Positions 1-13,296 of a stretch of 64,000 bases of DNA are shown one piece after another. Positions within the stretch are counted from its first letter, which is position 1. The number at the start of each line of letters is the position of its first letter. The notes beneath the pieces are model-generated. The model made no database searches. It was not told the origin of the DNA and saw nothing but the letters and a program-made list of their open reading frames with translations. The stretch covers positions 558,001 to 622,000 of the forward strand of contig JBNJNM010000012.1 in assembly GCA_052426225.1 (NCBI GenBank), in the 5' to 3' direction. The translations under genes were made by a program, and so were the position numbers. Source of the DNA: Zancudomyces culisetae HAW-14-8. Taxonomy: Eukaryota > Fungi > Kickxellomycota.

Positions 1-336
1 TTCGATTGTTATGAAAAATAACGCGACTTATTACAAACCAATGTTTGTTCTATGATTTTATAGCCAGTATTATCGATTCTCAATTATTGGCACATTTTAC
101 TTTATAATGGGTAAAGGATAAAATTAAAAAAATGCCATTAAAATAAAAATTGTGCAATGGTTTGATGTCCTGATTCTAATATACAAATTTAATAATTGGT
201 TCTTTACGCTTGGTTCATAAGGGTGTTTTTATTCTTTTAGTTTTTTGGTTTGTTGGAATTTTTAAAATCATCAAATAAAAGAAATAGAATCTGGGAATTG
301 CAAAAAGAGATTTAGAGTAACTATTTAACGGCTTAC

Positions 337-2065
337 ATGAAAGTAAAAGAGATGCCAAACATGGAGTCCAAACTTCAAAACGATGAGGAGGGTAAAACCA
401 TAAAAAAGGCTAAAATCGAAATTCTCAAGCGTAAAGAGAGTAAACCAAACCACATCGAAATTCTCGAATGTTATAAAAACAAAGAGTTTATTGAAAAATT
501 TAGAAATGTATTCTGTGATAGTAACTTTTCAGAAAATCAAAAAGAGATTAGAGCGGGGGTCATAGAATTTCCGGAAAAAGACATAACAGTAGATGCAATA
601 GGCACAGTAATTGGGTATCCATTTCATGTGGGAGTATTGAGCAATGTATTCGATCCAAAATTCTTGAGAAAGCTCAAAAAGGAGCTAAAGGAGATTCAAT
701 GGCACCGCAGGCTAAACGATTTGTATGATTTTTACCAAACTGATGATTTGGGATACATGATCAGTGGTAAATATGAAAAAATAAAACAACTCTATCACGG
801 ATTATGCTCAGAGGAGTGTATTACATTTATGGAACAGCTTACAGGGACAGAGCTGCAACGAGGAAGAATAGATCTTGCGGCACAGCAATATGAAGAGGGT
901 GGCTTTCTCTTGTGTCATGATGACTTTGTCACGGGAGACAAGTATTCGAGGAAAATAGCATTTATACTATATTTGGTTGATGAAACTTGGTCCGAAAGAG
1001 ATGGAGGGGCACTAGGGCTTTTTTCAAAGTAAGAACAAAGATCACCATATAAAATAACCCGATATTAATTAACTCTATAATTGCGCTATTAATAGAGACA
1101 AAGATAACTGTCCAGTGAAGGTCGTGCGAAAAATATCACCAAAATTTAACACACTTGCGTTTTTCTTGACGGGAGAGAGCTCGTATCACGAGGTTCAAGA
1201 GGTTTTACGGAACGACGGAGTAGCCCGGTGGTCAGTTACAGGATGGTTTTATGGTATTAACAAAAAAAAGACTGAAAACGATCCAATGGCGTGTGACGAG
1301 TTTAACAAAAAATACCAAACACTGTCGATTCCTAGACCCATAGAGGCAACCGTTAGCAGCGAAAATGACGCACTGTACGCAGCAGAGAATTTTATAAATG
1401 AAAGATACCTTAAAAAGGACGTAATCGAAAAAGTTTTAGATAAATTTATCGAAAACAGCTGCATAGAGCTGCACAGTTTTTTGAAAGATGATGTATATGC
1501 CGATTTTATTTCGGTTATGGGAGGAACAGAGGGGGTATGGAGTGAAAACTATGTACTTCCGCCTAACCTGAGGCGCTACAATGCACTACTCGAACCAGAA
1601 TGCTATAGGAAAATAGCACAGAAATCCAAAAAAACTATGGAAACTATCGCATTTTTGAAATCCAAGCACTTTTCGAACTACCTATCCGCTATCACTGGGT
1701 TAGAATACTCCAAGGCTATCTATGAATTTAGAAAATTTGACACAGGAAGCTACACTCTACTACATGACCACTACTCAGAACCCAATGGTTTGGATGTAAT
1801 TTTCAGCTTTATGCCATTCAATAGCAAGGATGATTCGTCTGGACTTTCTGTAGCCACTAGTGTCTGGGATGATGATTCATGGGGAGGTCTCACTCACTAC
1901 ACTGATAGTGTTGATGAACTTAAGCGGTTTTCTCCTGGCGCAAATAAATTGGTGTTAGTTTATCGGGATACTGGAGTCAAAAAGTTTGTTAGATACACCA
2001 CAAATGCTGCCAACTGTCCTAGATATGAGTTTAACTCGATTTTTATTGAGGCAGAGGATCAGTAA
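337..2065 (+). CDS. TPA1: Ribosomal uS12 prolyl 3-hydroxylase (Tpa1/Ofd1/OGFOD1 family, 2OG-Fe(II) oxygenase); 2 exons, intron 1029-1095
   Basis: Motifs NDLYDFYQTDDL, LLCHDD (HxD), RKIAFILYLV, DGGALGLF, SYHEV, RWSVTGWF and a C-terminal Ofd1-type domain (GSYTLLHD, WGG, LVYRD). A GT..AG intron at 1029-1095 joins the two ORF-track frames in phase (FSK|DKDNCPVK). Confidence 0.92.
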
Positions 2066-2404
2066 TCCGTAGATTTGACGTGTTGTGGGGTTATATATTC
2101 AATGGGAGCTTTAGACGTTGTTTTATTCTGCTTTGTTTCGTTTAGTTTTGTTTTGTTTTGTTTTTTGAATTTCCACATCTTAGCTGCTCATAAATCCGTC
2201 GCTTTTTATTAAAAATCAATATTCACTTTTTTTTCGCACATTTTTAGTTGGTAAAAAAGCCTAATTTCCAATTTATATTAGTAGGGTTACTTATAAATTC
2301 ACAGTAGCTTTTGTTACAAATCGCAAAAGACTACATTAAATTAGAAGTTATATTTCACAATTATACTAAAAATTTAATCAGATATCGATAAATACTAAGA
2401 GGAA

Positions 2405-3476
2405 ATGGCAGAAAGAAAAGTTTTGAATAAGGTATGTGTTGGGCTCCCATCATTGTTTTAAATCATTTTATAAAATCTGGTACCGACGAGGCTTGTTAGG
2501 GACAAAGCTGACTTGATTATTCTCATCTTTCATTTTTAACACATAAAACATGTATACAAAATAGTACTTTCCACCGGACTTTGATCCTGCAAAAATCCCC
2601 AAGCTGCGATTGGGAAGCGATCGGCAATATAAAGTTCGGTTAATGGCTCCTTTTTCTATGCGATGCAACACTTGTGGTCATTGGATTGGCGCGCACACAA
2701 AGTTCAACGCCCGTAAAGAAACGGCGAAAGACGAAAAATTTTATAACATGGCTATCTATCGATTTTACATTCGCTGCCCACAATGTGCCGCCGAAATAAC
2801 ATTTAAAACGGATCCAGAGAACTCTGATTATGTTTGTGAACACGGCGCATCGAGAAACTTTGAACCATGGAGAAACGAAGAGCTAGAAAAGGAAAAACAA
2901 AAAGAGGAGGAGGAAGAGGACAATAAGAACAATCCACTCAAATCGCTCGAGGCCAGAACCAAAGAGAGTAAACGGGAAATGGAAATGTTAGATACTCTTG
3001 AAGAAATACGGGCCAGAAATGCCACCCAAGAGCGAATGGGTCTTGAAACGGCACTAGAAAAAATCAGTAGTATGAGTAACCAGGAGGTCGATGTATTAGA
3101 TGAGCAGGACGAGTTGTTGATTAAATCCATATACCAAGATGCAAATGGTAAGCGAGTAAAGAGGCTAAACAACAGCAGTATGAGCCCAAACCTGGAAAAC
3201 GCGTTAGAAATTGGAGTACTGAACAATTCCGCGTCTAATGGTACTGTTCGGACCGACCATTCACCACCTCAGAAACGACTTTCAACTTTTGGGGCCATAA
3301 AAAATCAATCCTCTGTACTATTTAAAAGTATTGGGCCAGCGGCATCCCTAACCAAAAAGGTGGCTATGATCAGAACCGGCGAGAATACAGGGGTTGAGAC
3401 CAAAATCAAAGAACAGCCTCGGCCAGAAAGCGTTAGTCTTGTTGAGGATTATGGTAGCGGGAGTTCTTCAGAATAG
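2405..3476 (+). CDS. YJU2: Splicing factor YJU2/CWC16 (CCDC94); 2 exons, intron 2432-2564
   Basis: Exon 1 MAERKVLNK splices to YFPPDFDPAKIP...VRLMAPFSMRCNTC...KFNARKE...RFYIRCPQC...FKTDPENSDY, the conserved CWC16 Zn-binding N-terminus. Confidence 0.95.
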
Positions 3477-3827
3477 GATCCATAGTACACAAACTCTGTA
3501 TTTCTAGCACATTTTAATTTTGGGTTTGCTTCGGGTTTGCCAGTTTATAGCTTTTTCTCTGTAGCCAATTGCAAATAAAACCAAACAGCAAAAAAAAAAA
3601 ATTTTTTTTTTGGGCAAATTGGACAAGTACTTGGATTATACATTACTTGATCTTGAAGAGTTTGCACAATTAAAAAATATACCATTGAAAGATCAGGTTT
3701 TCTTAATTCAACATTCTTTGTATTTTATCAGCCATACCCAACACAACATCTCAATTAACCAAACAGAACTTGAATTCGGTTATACAAAAAAGAAAAAAAG
3801 TTAGTGAGACCGAGCAAAAGTATAAAC

Positions 3828-4478
3828 ATGAAAGGTCTAGCAGAAGCGAGTTTAGATGAATTATTTCAACAAGCAATACAATCCCTAGATCAAGAGAGTC
3901 CTCTTGTCAAGGATGAGAGCGAGCAGATTCAAAGTAGCTCATTGTTGCCAAGTATAAAATTAGAATCAGGCTTGAGCGCTAAGGACAAAAAAAAACAGTC
4001 CGAAGTTACTGATCTCGCTGCCAGTCATAATAAAGGCATAAAAACGGCACGCGATCTGGTAGCAAAAAAACCGAGTTTAAACGAACGAAGAAAAGAAAAG
4101 GAAAAAACCATCGGCTCGAAATGGTTTGAAATGAAGCGGCCTGATCACATTTCAGATAATGTAAAACGTGATTTACATTTATTGAAGCTTCGTAATGTTC
4201 TAGATCCAAAGAGGTTCTACAAAAAGGGAGTTGATCATAAACGTGCAGAGATTCCCAAGTACTTTGAGATAGGAACCATTGTGCAAGGGAATGCTGAGTT
4301 CTATTCTAGCAGAATCCCCAGAAAACAAGTCAAATCAACATTTGCAGAGGAAATATTGGCCAGCAGAGACTCTGTAAAATACCTCAAACGTAGATTCAAC
4401 GAAATCCAAACTTCAAACCAAAAAAACGGGAGAAAGAATTATAAAAACGCACAAAAACTTCGCAACAAAAAAAAATAG
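3828..4478 (+). CDS. FCF2: rRNA-processing protein Fcf2 (DNTTIP2 family)
   Basis: KTIGSKWFEM...KRDLHLLKLRNVLDPKRFYKK...PKYFEIGTIV...EFYSSR is the Fcf2 domain. First ATG in frame is at 3828. Confidence 0.92.
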   Translation: MKGLAEASLDELFQQAIQSLDQESPLVKDESEQIQSSSLLPSIKLESGLSAKDKKKQSEVTDLAASHNKGIKTARDLVAKKPSLNERRKEKEKTIGSKWFEMKRPDHISDNVKRDLHLLKLRNVLDPKRFYKKGVDHKRAEIPKYFEIGTIVQGNAEFYSSRIPRKQVKSTFAEEILASRDSVKYLKRRFNEIQTSNQKNGRKNYKNAQKLRNKKK

Positions 4479-4705
4479 GCTAATAAATTTCAATTAAGTT
4501 CAGCTATATCCATTCCTTTGCTTAGTGTTTAGTTTATAGAATCAGCACCTTCTTCCATTACATCACGCAACTTGTTATTATGATTGGGGAGGCAATCAGA
4601 ATGGTGTTAAATACTCAAGGATTTTTCAGAAACTTTGATACTATTCATTTTTATACAATACTGATGAAAAAATCACTTTTGTTATTAAATAAATGTAAAT
4701 ATATT

Positions 4706-7219
4706 CTATTTACCACTAGAAAGCCATTTGGGTGCACTTTTTCCATCCTTTTTCGGGGTATCACTCGAGAGAGTTGCCAAACTTGACGGCACTTTAGAAG
4801 TTTTTGCACTTCCAGTTGACGAGTTTTTGGCGTGATCGTCAAATGTATCCTTTGAGTATCCACTAGAAATATTTGAGCCTGTTTTTGATGTATCACCACC
4901 AGCCATACCCTTTTTTCGCAACGCTGGATCAATTATTTCGCTCAAGTCTATTTGGTACAGGTGTATTAGCGTGTATAACAATGCGAACGCAAAAAACACT
5001 AAAAAAAGTGTTGATATATTTACTCAATGATGTGGGAAAGACGACATGAACTAGTGCATTTGGAACAAAATTGGCCTCGAAAAACGTCTTTTGTCTCATA
5101 TCTTGTAGGTTCGTGTATGGGTGCGTAATATCTGTAGGTGTAGTTGGCAAGTTAAATATAAAAGTTACCATCAGGTCTAGCTGAGATTCTAATGGTAAAA
5201 ACTTACGTATAGTATATTCAAGCTGTTTGGTAACCGCCGTTATAAAGCTATATAACTCCATCACTATAGGTATAAAAGAGAATTTTTTGTATAATACAGA
5301 TATGCGATGGTCATAATTTAGTTTTCTTTTTAAATCCAAAGAGTGTGCTAAAGTATAAACCTACATTTTTCATCGGAACCAAAGGTTGCTTTTATTCTCG
5401 ATCCATCAACAAATTTGAATTGAATCAAACTCTATTTATGCGTAGCAGGTTTATTGCATGCGTTTCACTTTTTTGTTAGTGGATCGAGTAAAGAGAGGAG
5501 CAGGAAAAAGGCTCTGAAATAGCGTGACTAACTTCAAAATTTACCGTTTTGTATAATTTTTTCTTTTTTTCCAGCGCTTCCCTAGCCTCAATATCTCGAT
5601 GTTTTTGCGTTTTAAAACCCACAGCTTTATTATCATCAACATTTCTTTGCCTCAACATCATTTTTGCTTCGTCGCCTGTCAGTTCATAAAAACTGTCAGG
5701 TAGTGTACCTACGAATAACGTATATTTTCTTTTTATTCCTACATTAGATGATGCTGGATATTTGAAATGATGCAATCATACGTAGGATCACTAAACTGAA
5801 TGGTGTTCTGTGATTCTAAAAAATATCTGATGTCATTGTTGCATAACTTTAATCATCATAACAATATATATTAGTATTTACTTTCTCGGATGGCATCTTT
5901 TAATCCTGATTCTGAAAACTCAATAAACTTTGCCTTTCTTCTTGAAATAACATCATCCACTTCCCGGGTGTCCACATTCTCTAAACTACACCCGTAGGTC
6001 GCATTTTGCACTTCTTTGTGAGCCCCTTTTTCCTTTGGCATAATGATCGTGTTTTCATTTCCATGTTTGTCAGGTCTTTCGCTAACATTATTTACATCCT
6101 TGGGCAGAGCAGGTTTTTCGCTTTTTATAGCGTCCGACAACTTTGGTTGTGCGGCATGATTTCCATTCTTAAAAGTCAATTTTACCAATATGGACCCTGT
6201 TGTGACTCCCACGCTTATTAGTTTCGTTTTTGACAATAACTCCTCACCTGAAAGCTATTTAATTTTGTATTATTGGCGCATTGTTTTCTCATAAACTTTA
6301 ATCTCTCAACTTTACATACCATTAAGATACTGTACTTTTTACACATAATGGTACCAGTTGCACTGCCAAATATTCAGAAATCAATAATATTAAAGCGACA
6401 TCTAGTGTGCGCAATTCGCTGGTATACATAAATCACCTACCTGTTGATTTAAAATCAAGAGAACAGGTTCATCCTCAGCACTATTTTTTTTAAGAATGTT
6501 AGCTTAAACAGTTAGTACATCGATTCTTCGATACATTTCCACCCGAGTATTGTCATCTCTCTGTTTTATATACTTGTCTATTAAATAATAAGTATGTTAT
6601 GTTTTAAAGTAAGCGGATTTTACCCCAATTCTACTAATGAACAAACGATTTCTTTTAATGTAGCAGTGTTTACAACATCTTTTTGTATCCTATCCCCGGT
6701 TGGTAGTTGTAAAACCACTTTGACCTTTGCACCTATACTCACAATATGTTACTATTAACATGAAATTTGCCTGCCTATACCGAAAAATAAAAGAAAATGA
6801 ATCTTTGATATAGTATAGCCAATGTCATACCTAAATGTTTGTTTGGGACCAATTCAATCTTTGCACCGTGCGGTAATCTAGATAGTCTCATACTCAATGA
6901 CAGGTCCAAATCCGTGTTTTTCCACCTAAATTTATGATTAGTTTTTGGCTTTCTCATTAAAATGGGACTTTTCCATGAAGTATTTATTTTCGCGCTTGTT
7001 GATGCGATTTTCGTTGTACTAAACGCAAATGCTGAACACTTCATATCTATGCCCTATATTTGTTCAAACAACGTACTTTAGCCCGTATCTATCTGCATCG
7101 CCGAGCTCTGGTACCCGCTGACACATCTCCTGTACCAACATCTTTAACGTCTTTGATGGCGTTGTCTTGATTTCAACTGTTTTGAATTTGTTGTATACAA
7201 TCGTAACCACTGAGGACAT
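4706..7219 (-). CDS. UBX4: TUG/ASPSCR1-Ubx4-like UBX-domain protein (Cdc48/p97 cofactor); about 11 exons including a 10-nt microexon
   Basis: ATG at 7219 gives MSSVVTIVYNKFKTVEIKTTPS...LDLSLSMRLSRLPHGAKIEL (TUG-UBL1). It also has LPDSFYELT..E, a UBX-like IQFKFVDGSRIKATF...FEANFVPNALVHV, and a C-terminal PKWL. GT-AG introns were traced in phase by hand. Confidence 0.85.
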
Positions 7220-8148
7220 TTTTCTTGTCTTTAATCCGCTACCTCAAAATATGCTTAATAAAATATTAAATTGTTTAAATTGTTTGATATAGTTCAAAAA
7301 CATAAATGACAAAAAGTGGTATTTTTATTTTGTTTACAATGATCGGTATTCTAAAGATTTGCATATTTTGTCTGCCATTGTTGTTGCTTGCTCAATTTGC
7401 AGTTTTACCAAATTAATTAATTAACAACACTGCGAACCATTCGTTCATTATCCTCCCCTTTCCAAGAAAAGCATACCAAAACCTTCACAGTGTATACTAA
7501 CTCTATCTTTCTTTAAATTTAACACTCTTGGAATATAACCAAACCAGGATATATATTAAGCCACAGGATACTCTAATTTTGAACCTGAGTAACTAATGGT
7601 TACCCAAATATATATCAAACCTATACCTCTCCCCCTTTGTCTGGTAATAACATTGGCATAGCAAAGTAAATTTTACTAACATCCCCCCCCTCAGCATGGT
7701 GGGGTTAAAGATATTTTAAGCACCACTACATAAGTGAAACTTATCCCTTCTTGCACTCCCCCCCTCCCCCTCACTCCTACCCTTTTCTCTTATCCCATCC
7801 CCATCTCTCGCGTTCAAAACCGAAGGATATACCTACAGCTGAATATATCATAGTCTCTTCTGTCGAAGTTTGCCCACAATACAAAATATGTTCTTTTATA
7901 AAAAGCTTTACTTAATTACCTCCAGCTTCAAATACAAAGAGCTAAAAACATTATAAATCTCGCCCGGAATTCCAAATGTTTCCAGACTAACAGAGTCTTA
8001 TAATTACTAAATAAAACATAGCTGAAGGCATCAGATAAAAACGATAGACTGTAAATATAACTCAAAAAAAGAAACAAGTGCGGACACTTTACCAGTGGGC
8101 ACAAAACAGTGTGCTAAATTTGGCAAATCCTTTAGGTATAATAAGGTA

Positions 8149-8442
8149 TCAATAAAAACCGACAAATTCTATCTTTCCATTCTCTTCAACGTCAATATTC
8201 ATCCTGCGAGGATCATAGCTACCTTCGTCAATAGACTTCCTTCCGCGGACTCTTACATTCTTTGGCAACGATGACAAGAGAACTCCAGCTGTCCCACTTT
8301 CCCTTCTCGCACGGTTTATATCATATCCCTCGGGCTTCTCCTTGTCTTCCTCGTCAACTATCAAAAATTTTCCAGCCAGTTTGCCATTCCAGGTTTCCGC
8401 TTTTTTCAGTACATCGTCCTTCTTTACTGTATCTCTTTCCAT
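8149..8442 (-). CDS. Small protein resembling peptidase-inhibitor I78/potato-I-fold proteins
   Basis: 97-aa ORF with an A-rich start context. W..KLAGK, LPKNVRV and YDPRRMNIDVEENGKIEFVGFY match the fungal I78-like pattern (LP..RV...D/Y.P.R.N..V..G.I..V..G/Y). Confidence 0.65.
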   Translation of the reverse strand: MERDTVKKDDVLKKAETWNGKLAGKFLIVDEEDKEKPEGYDINRARRESGTAGVLLSSLPKNVRVRGRKSIDEGSYDPRRMNIDVEENGKIEFVGFY

Positions 8443-10123
8443 TTTGTTCCAGCTATTTATGTTGCTATTCTGCTTATCTAGTTAGTTATTAATCTTATTC
8501 TTCTGTGTTTAAACTTAAAGTAAAAGTACACAGTTCGGTGTAGCATTATGCTAGCCTTTTATAGTTTTCTGTATTAGATAAATTTTAATTAGGATTAGCG
8601 GATTTGGTTCTTTATACTGTAATGTACCAAAAGTCAACAGACTTAACTAACAAACACTATTACAATAATTCTATCTAGTCATTGGTTGGTTTTTTTTAGA
8701 AAACTACTTTTAAATATTTGACTATTGTATATACAGATTACCAGATAGCCTGTACATGCACGCGCTATACCATAGAAGAAAACAACAACAAAAAACAAGC
8801 CTCATATGGTATCTGTGTACATAAATTGCTCAGTAGCAACGAGAAGCATGTGGCAAATGCAGGCAGAGTACTCCGCAAGAAGACCTTTTTTGTCTTGGCT
8901 TTCAAATATTTGTGCAGCTGGTTCGGTTTGGTTTGGTATGATTTGGTTTGTTTTCTATCTTAACCGTTTCCTAGTTTTCTATTTGTCTTTTGCATAAACA
9001 AAAGAAAAACTATTAACATTTGCATTGGATGCTTTACTAAAAGTTGGCTAAACTTAAGCCATCCAATACACATATAGAGCAGCTCTTGAAGGTCACTGGG
9101 GCATCTACCAGCTTATAAGCATTTACCGATTGGATTAAATGCCAATATCTAGCCTCTAATATTAAAGCCTTTGGCTTTGCATGATTGTATTTTGTATACT
9201 CTTAAAACTCCATAATCTGTAGTTTATGGTTCACACTCCAAGACCAATGTAATCTCATTTAGACAACTAACCAATAATTCAGTAAACCAGTCAATCAATC
9301 AATCAATCATCCACCCATCCTCTTTTCTATAATCACGTGTTATATTACCTGTTGTGCTCCATTCATCCACAAAGCTTAATCGGCAAATGCCTGTAATTTC
9401 CTTTGTCTTGTTTTTTTTTGGATTTTGTATGCAAAATAAAACGCAAAAAATTGGGGAAACAAGCTCGATAATTTAAACATTTGAAGTGAGAATTGCCAAC
9501 AAAAAAATGCGCCTTAGGTTCAATAGAATATTTCAGGACTACTTTTTACTAGTCCAATGAAGGCAGCTTTTAATAATAAGCGTCCAAAGTGTATTTCGCT
9601 TAATAGCTGGTTAAAGCAGTTCGACAATCAGGTTATATTGAAATTTGTAACAAATTAGGTAAAAAAGTTAAGCAATTAGTGCTAATTTTTAATCACATTC
9701 CAATAACCAGAAATATTGTGTGTTTGTTAAATTAACTTTCAATCAAAAATAGAATATTTCAAATCAAAAATACATCTATAAACCGAATCTAAAATTGAAA
9801 ATACTGGAAATGTATAAAAAACAAGGTTAAAATGCGCTATAAAGAAAAAATAAACATAAAAATACCAATTATATTTGCAGATAACAGGATATCAGGGCAC
9901 CTGCTTTAGTTTTAGTTGAGAAAGGAGGTAAAAGAAACCAAGTGTATGGTAAATACGCAAAAGTTGGCTTGGATGAGAATATCCGTGGCAATAATTGTTA
10001 ACTACTAGCAAATAAATATAGTATTTTAACGATCCTTGGTTTGTGGATTGGCTTTACTGATCTTTTGTAATTGAACAACTTCAAAAGTCGATAACTTGGT
10101 AAACAGACGAATTTTGCAAGGAT

Positions 10124-11967
10124 ATGGGGCTTTGTGTTTCGACTCCTGATGATGGTGCAGCTAAGATTAGTTCACAAATAGATCGCACGATAAAAAACGA
10201 TAAAGAAAAAATAGAAAAAGAGCTAAAGATACTGCTTTTGGGTAAGTACATTTTAAATAGAAAAAGAACGTAAAAATGCAACCCCGAGTAAAATATACCA
10301 CTATAACATCTAAGAATATGGATATGCAAATATCATTTAATTAACAAAGTACTGCATTCATTACTTTGAAACAGGTAGTGGAGAATCAGGAAAATCTACC
10401 ATACTCAAGCAAATGAAGATTTTGTTCAACAATGGGTATAGTAATAGAGAAGATTTAGTTATTTATGCGCCGATTATATTTCGAAATGTTCTCGAGTCTG
10501 TGTATGAAGTAGCAAATGGATTTAAAACGTGTGGGATTGTCCCTGAATTAGAAGAAAATATGGTAAGTACATGGTGCTGATGCACTGATGAGTCTATAAC
10601 ATCATATTTGCACTACAAACCTATATCGCGGCCACAATCAATCGAGACATTTATTACATTAGCGGCGTTTAAAACAGTTATTTGTAGAAAAAATGAGCAA
10701 ACTAGACCTTGATTCGATACTTTCGGTGGAAGTTACTTCAGAGCTTGTCAAAAGTATGGAACTACTTTGGAACGAAAAGAACATTGATAAGGTTCTACTT
10801 AATGATAAGGGTGTTGCTGTGATGGATTCCGCAGATTAGTAAGCACTGTTTGTTGCATAAAAAAAGAGTAAAAATACTTTGGATATTCTAAAAAAAACTG
10901 TCTTCTTTCTTGCTTTTTAGTTTCTTTCAAAATGCTAGGAGAATAAGCCTCCCAGGCTATATACCTAACATTGACGACGTTCTGCGTGCTCGTCTAAAAA
11001 CAACGGGAATTACAGAGATAGATTTTATGATGAACAATCGAATTATACGCATGTTTGATGTTGGTGGGCAAAGATCAGAACGTAAAAAATGGATCCATTG
11101 TTTTGAAGGCGTCACATCTGTTATATTCTGTGTATCATTAAGCGATTATGATCAATCTCTGTTAGAAGAAACCTCTCATGTAATTTTTATATCTACTTTG
11201 AATATATGCACATATATATGCATTTTGTCTTTATATACTTGTGATGGATGTGAACACCAAGTTAACAAAACTTTGGAAATGTATTTACCCCTTAGAATCG
11301 CATGGAAGAGAGCTTGAACTTGTTCGAGAGCATTGTTAGTAGCCGTTGGTTCATGCGTAGCTCGATTATTCTTTTTTTGAACAAGATTGATGTATTTCAG
11401 AAAAAGATTCCGATTCTGCCTCTAAAAAACTATTTTCCCGAGTATAAAGGTATTTACGCGAGTTCAATATGACATTTTCCTGCTAGTAGAACCTTTAAAA
11501 AATTTCTTTAACAGCAATCGTATTCTCAATCCTTTACTTATATTCGATAGGTAGTACAATTGAAGATGCGATTACCTTTATTTTTTGGAAATATGCCTCG
11601 AAAAATCGCCTAGGACTTCCCTTGTATCAACAGTAGGTTTTACAGAATTCTCTGTGTTTATTTTTTTCTCTGGTCATTCATAATTCATTCACTATTAAGA
11701 ATTTTACTGAAACTAAATTCACATCTACACCCATAGCTTGACAATGGCCACTGACACTAATAATGTAAGAAAAAATAAACTTATTTTTATGCTTGCTTGG
11801 ATATTTGGCAATTGGTAGCTGTATTAACTGTGTAACCCTTTTTATACAATTCAAACTTACTCACAATGCCTAAACATTTGAATATTTTTGTGTAGATTCG
11901 ACTGATTTTTGCCGCCGTTAGAGAAACGTTACTTCAAAACGCGCTGAAGGACAGTGGCATCCTGTAA
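10124..11967 (+). CDS. GPA2: Heterotrimeric G-protein alpha subunit, fungal group III (Gpa2/GNA-3 type); 8 exons
   Basis: MGLCVS (myristoylation/palmitoylation), KILLLG|SGESGKST (G1), [39 protein letters not shown] and C-terminal LKDSGIL, which is typical of group III. Confidence 0.92.
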
Positions 11968-12991
11968 AATTAGCAAAAACCACTCAACTCCGTGAGTAGT
12001 AGTGATATAACGATGTAGAAAACATATGAAAATAATTTATGAGTCCACATAGAGCTGGACTGTTGTTTGGTATTCTCTCATCGCGTTTTAAAAAGAGCTA
12101 TCTATCTATCTACCTTGAATGTATGTGTATACATTTGTGGTGCATTTGTGGTTAGTTTATGCTAGCTCATCTCAATTTCCGATTATTACAATATACGCAT
12201 GTGGCGTATACTTTGTCGGTTGAACCACTTATGACTTTTTCATCTACAAAGACATATTAGAATCGAATGGGATACTGAACGGTTTCATCCTTTCATCTTT
12301 TTCATCATTTTCATTTTAGCCTATTAGAATTTTTCTATCAACACTAGCGCATTTATCATTAATACAACCGAATTTCAATGGCAAAACCTCCTCTCACCAG
12401 AGCTTAAAGTCGTTTTATCTATTTAGTGTTCTGAGAAACAACCATACTTTTTTATCAAAAAGAAAAAAGCAAGGACGATTGTCAACTGTGATCATAAAAT
12501 CTATTCAAACACAGAATTAAAAGCTTTTCTTGTTGAAGCTAAGTGCCCACATGATATGGTAGATCTCCAAATCAATGGGCTTACCATCGACTTTGAATGT
12601 AGTTAGTTATGCTAACGATACTTCTAATGTTTTTTCATCCAAATTAATAAAACACGATTCTTTTTTTAAAAGAAAAGTACCGAATAAATGAGCAACCACA
12701 TTTGCCATTACTTGTTATAAAGACGGTAGCTAGTTTAAAAGTTGTATATTTTAACAGGAATATACCCCCAAACGGGGCACATCGCGTTTACCATATTGTA
12801 TATGTATGTGTGTGAATACACTGTTTCACCGTTGGAATTCATGCGGCGCCAATCGACAAAAAATACAAATTGCGGATATTAAATGTTTTATTTTAAATGA
12901 ACCGGGAAATCGCTATCTCTGCAAAGAAATAAAATACCAAGATCTCTAGGTATATATTCGAAAAAATCCGTAACTATGGTGTATAACATGC

Positions 12992-13296
12992 TTATTCATC
13001 CTTGATAAATCTGTGCTTTACATCTTTCCATTGTGTCTATTTTTATTTATTTTTTAAATTAGTTTATACTTTCCTTTGATCAAAATAGTTGATTTTATAG
13101 AATAAATAAATGTGAAACAAAAGAAAACGCAAGAATTATACACAAGTCATACCTTATGAGTGTTATCCCAAACCTTATCGAATACATTTGAGAAGCACAT
13201 TGAAAACGCTACTCCTCCAATCACAATGGTGGTGAAATATGATGATTCTCTTCTGAAAAAGGTGTTATAGAGCGATCTGAATATAGTATTTGCCAT
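12992..13296 (-). CDS. QCR9: Cytochrome b-c1 complex subunit 9; exons 13153-13296 and 12992-13036
   Basis: MANTIFRSLYNTFFRRESSYFTTIVIGGVAF...WDNTHK|TQWKDVKHRFIKDE*: the typical UCR10/QCR9 pattern with one transmembrane helix. Confidence 0.92.
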
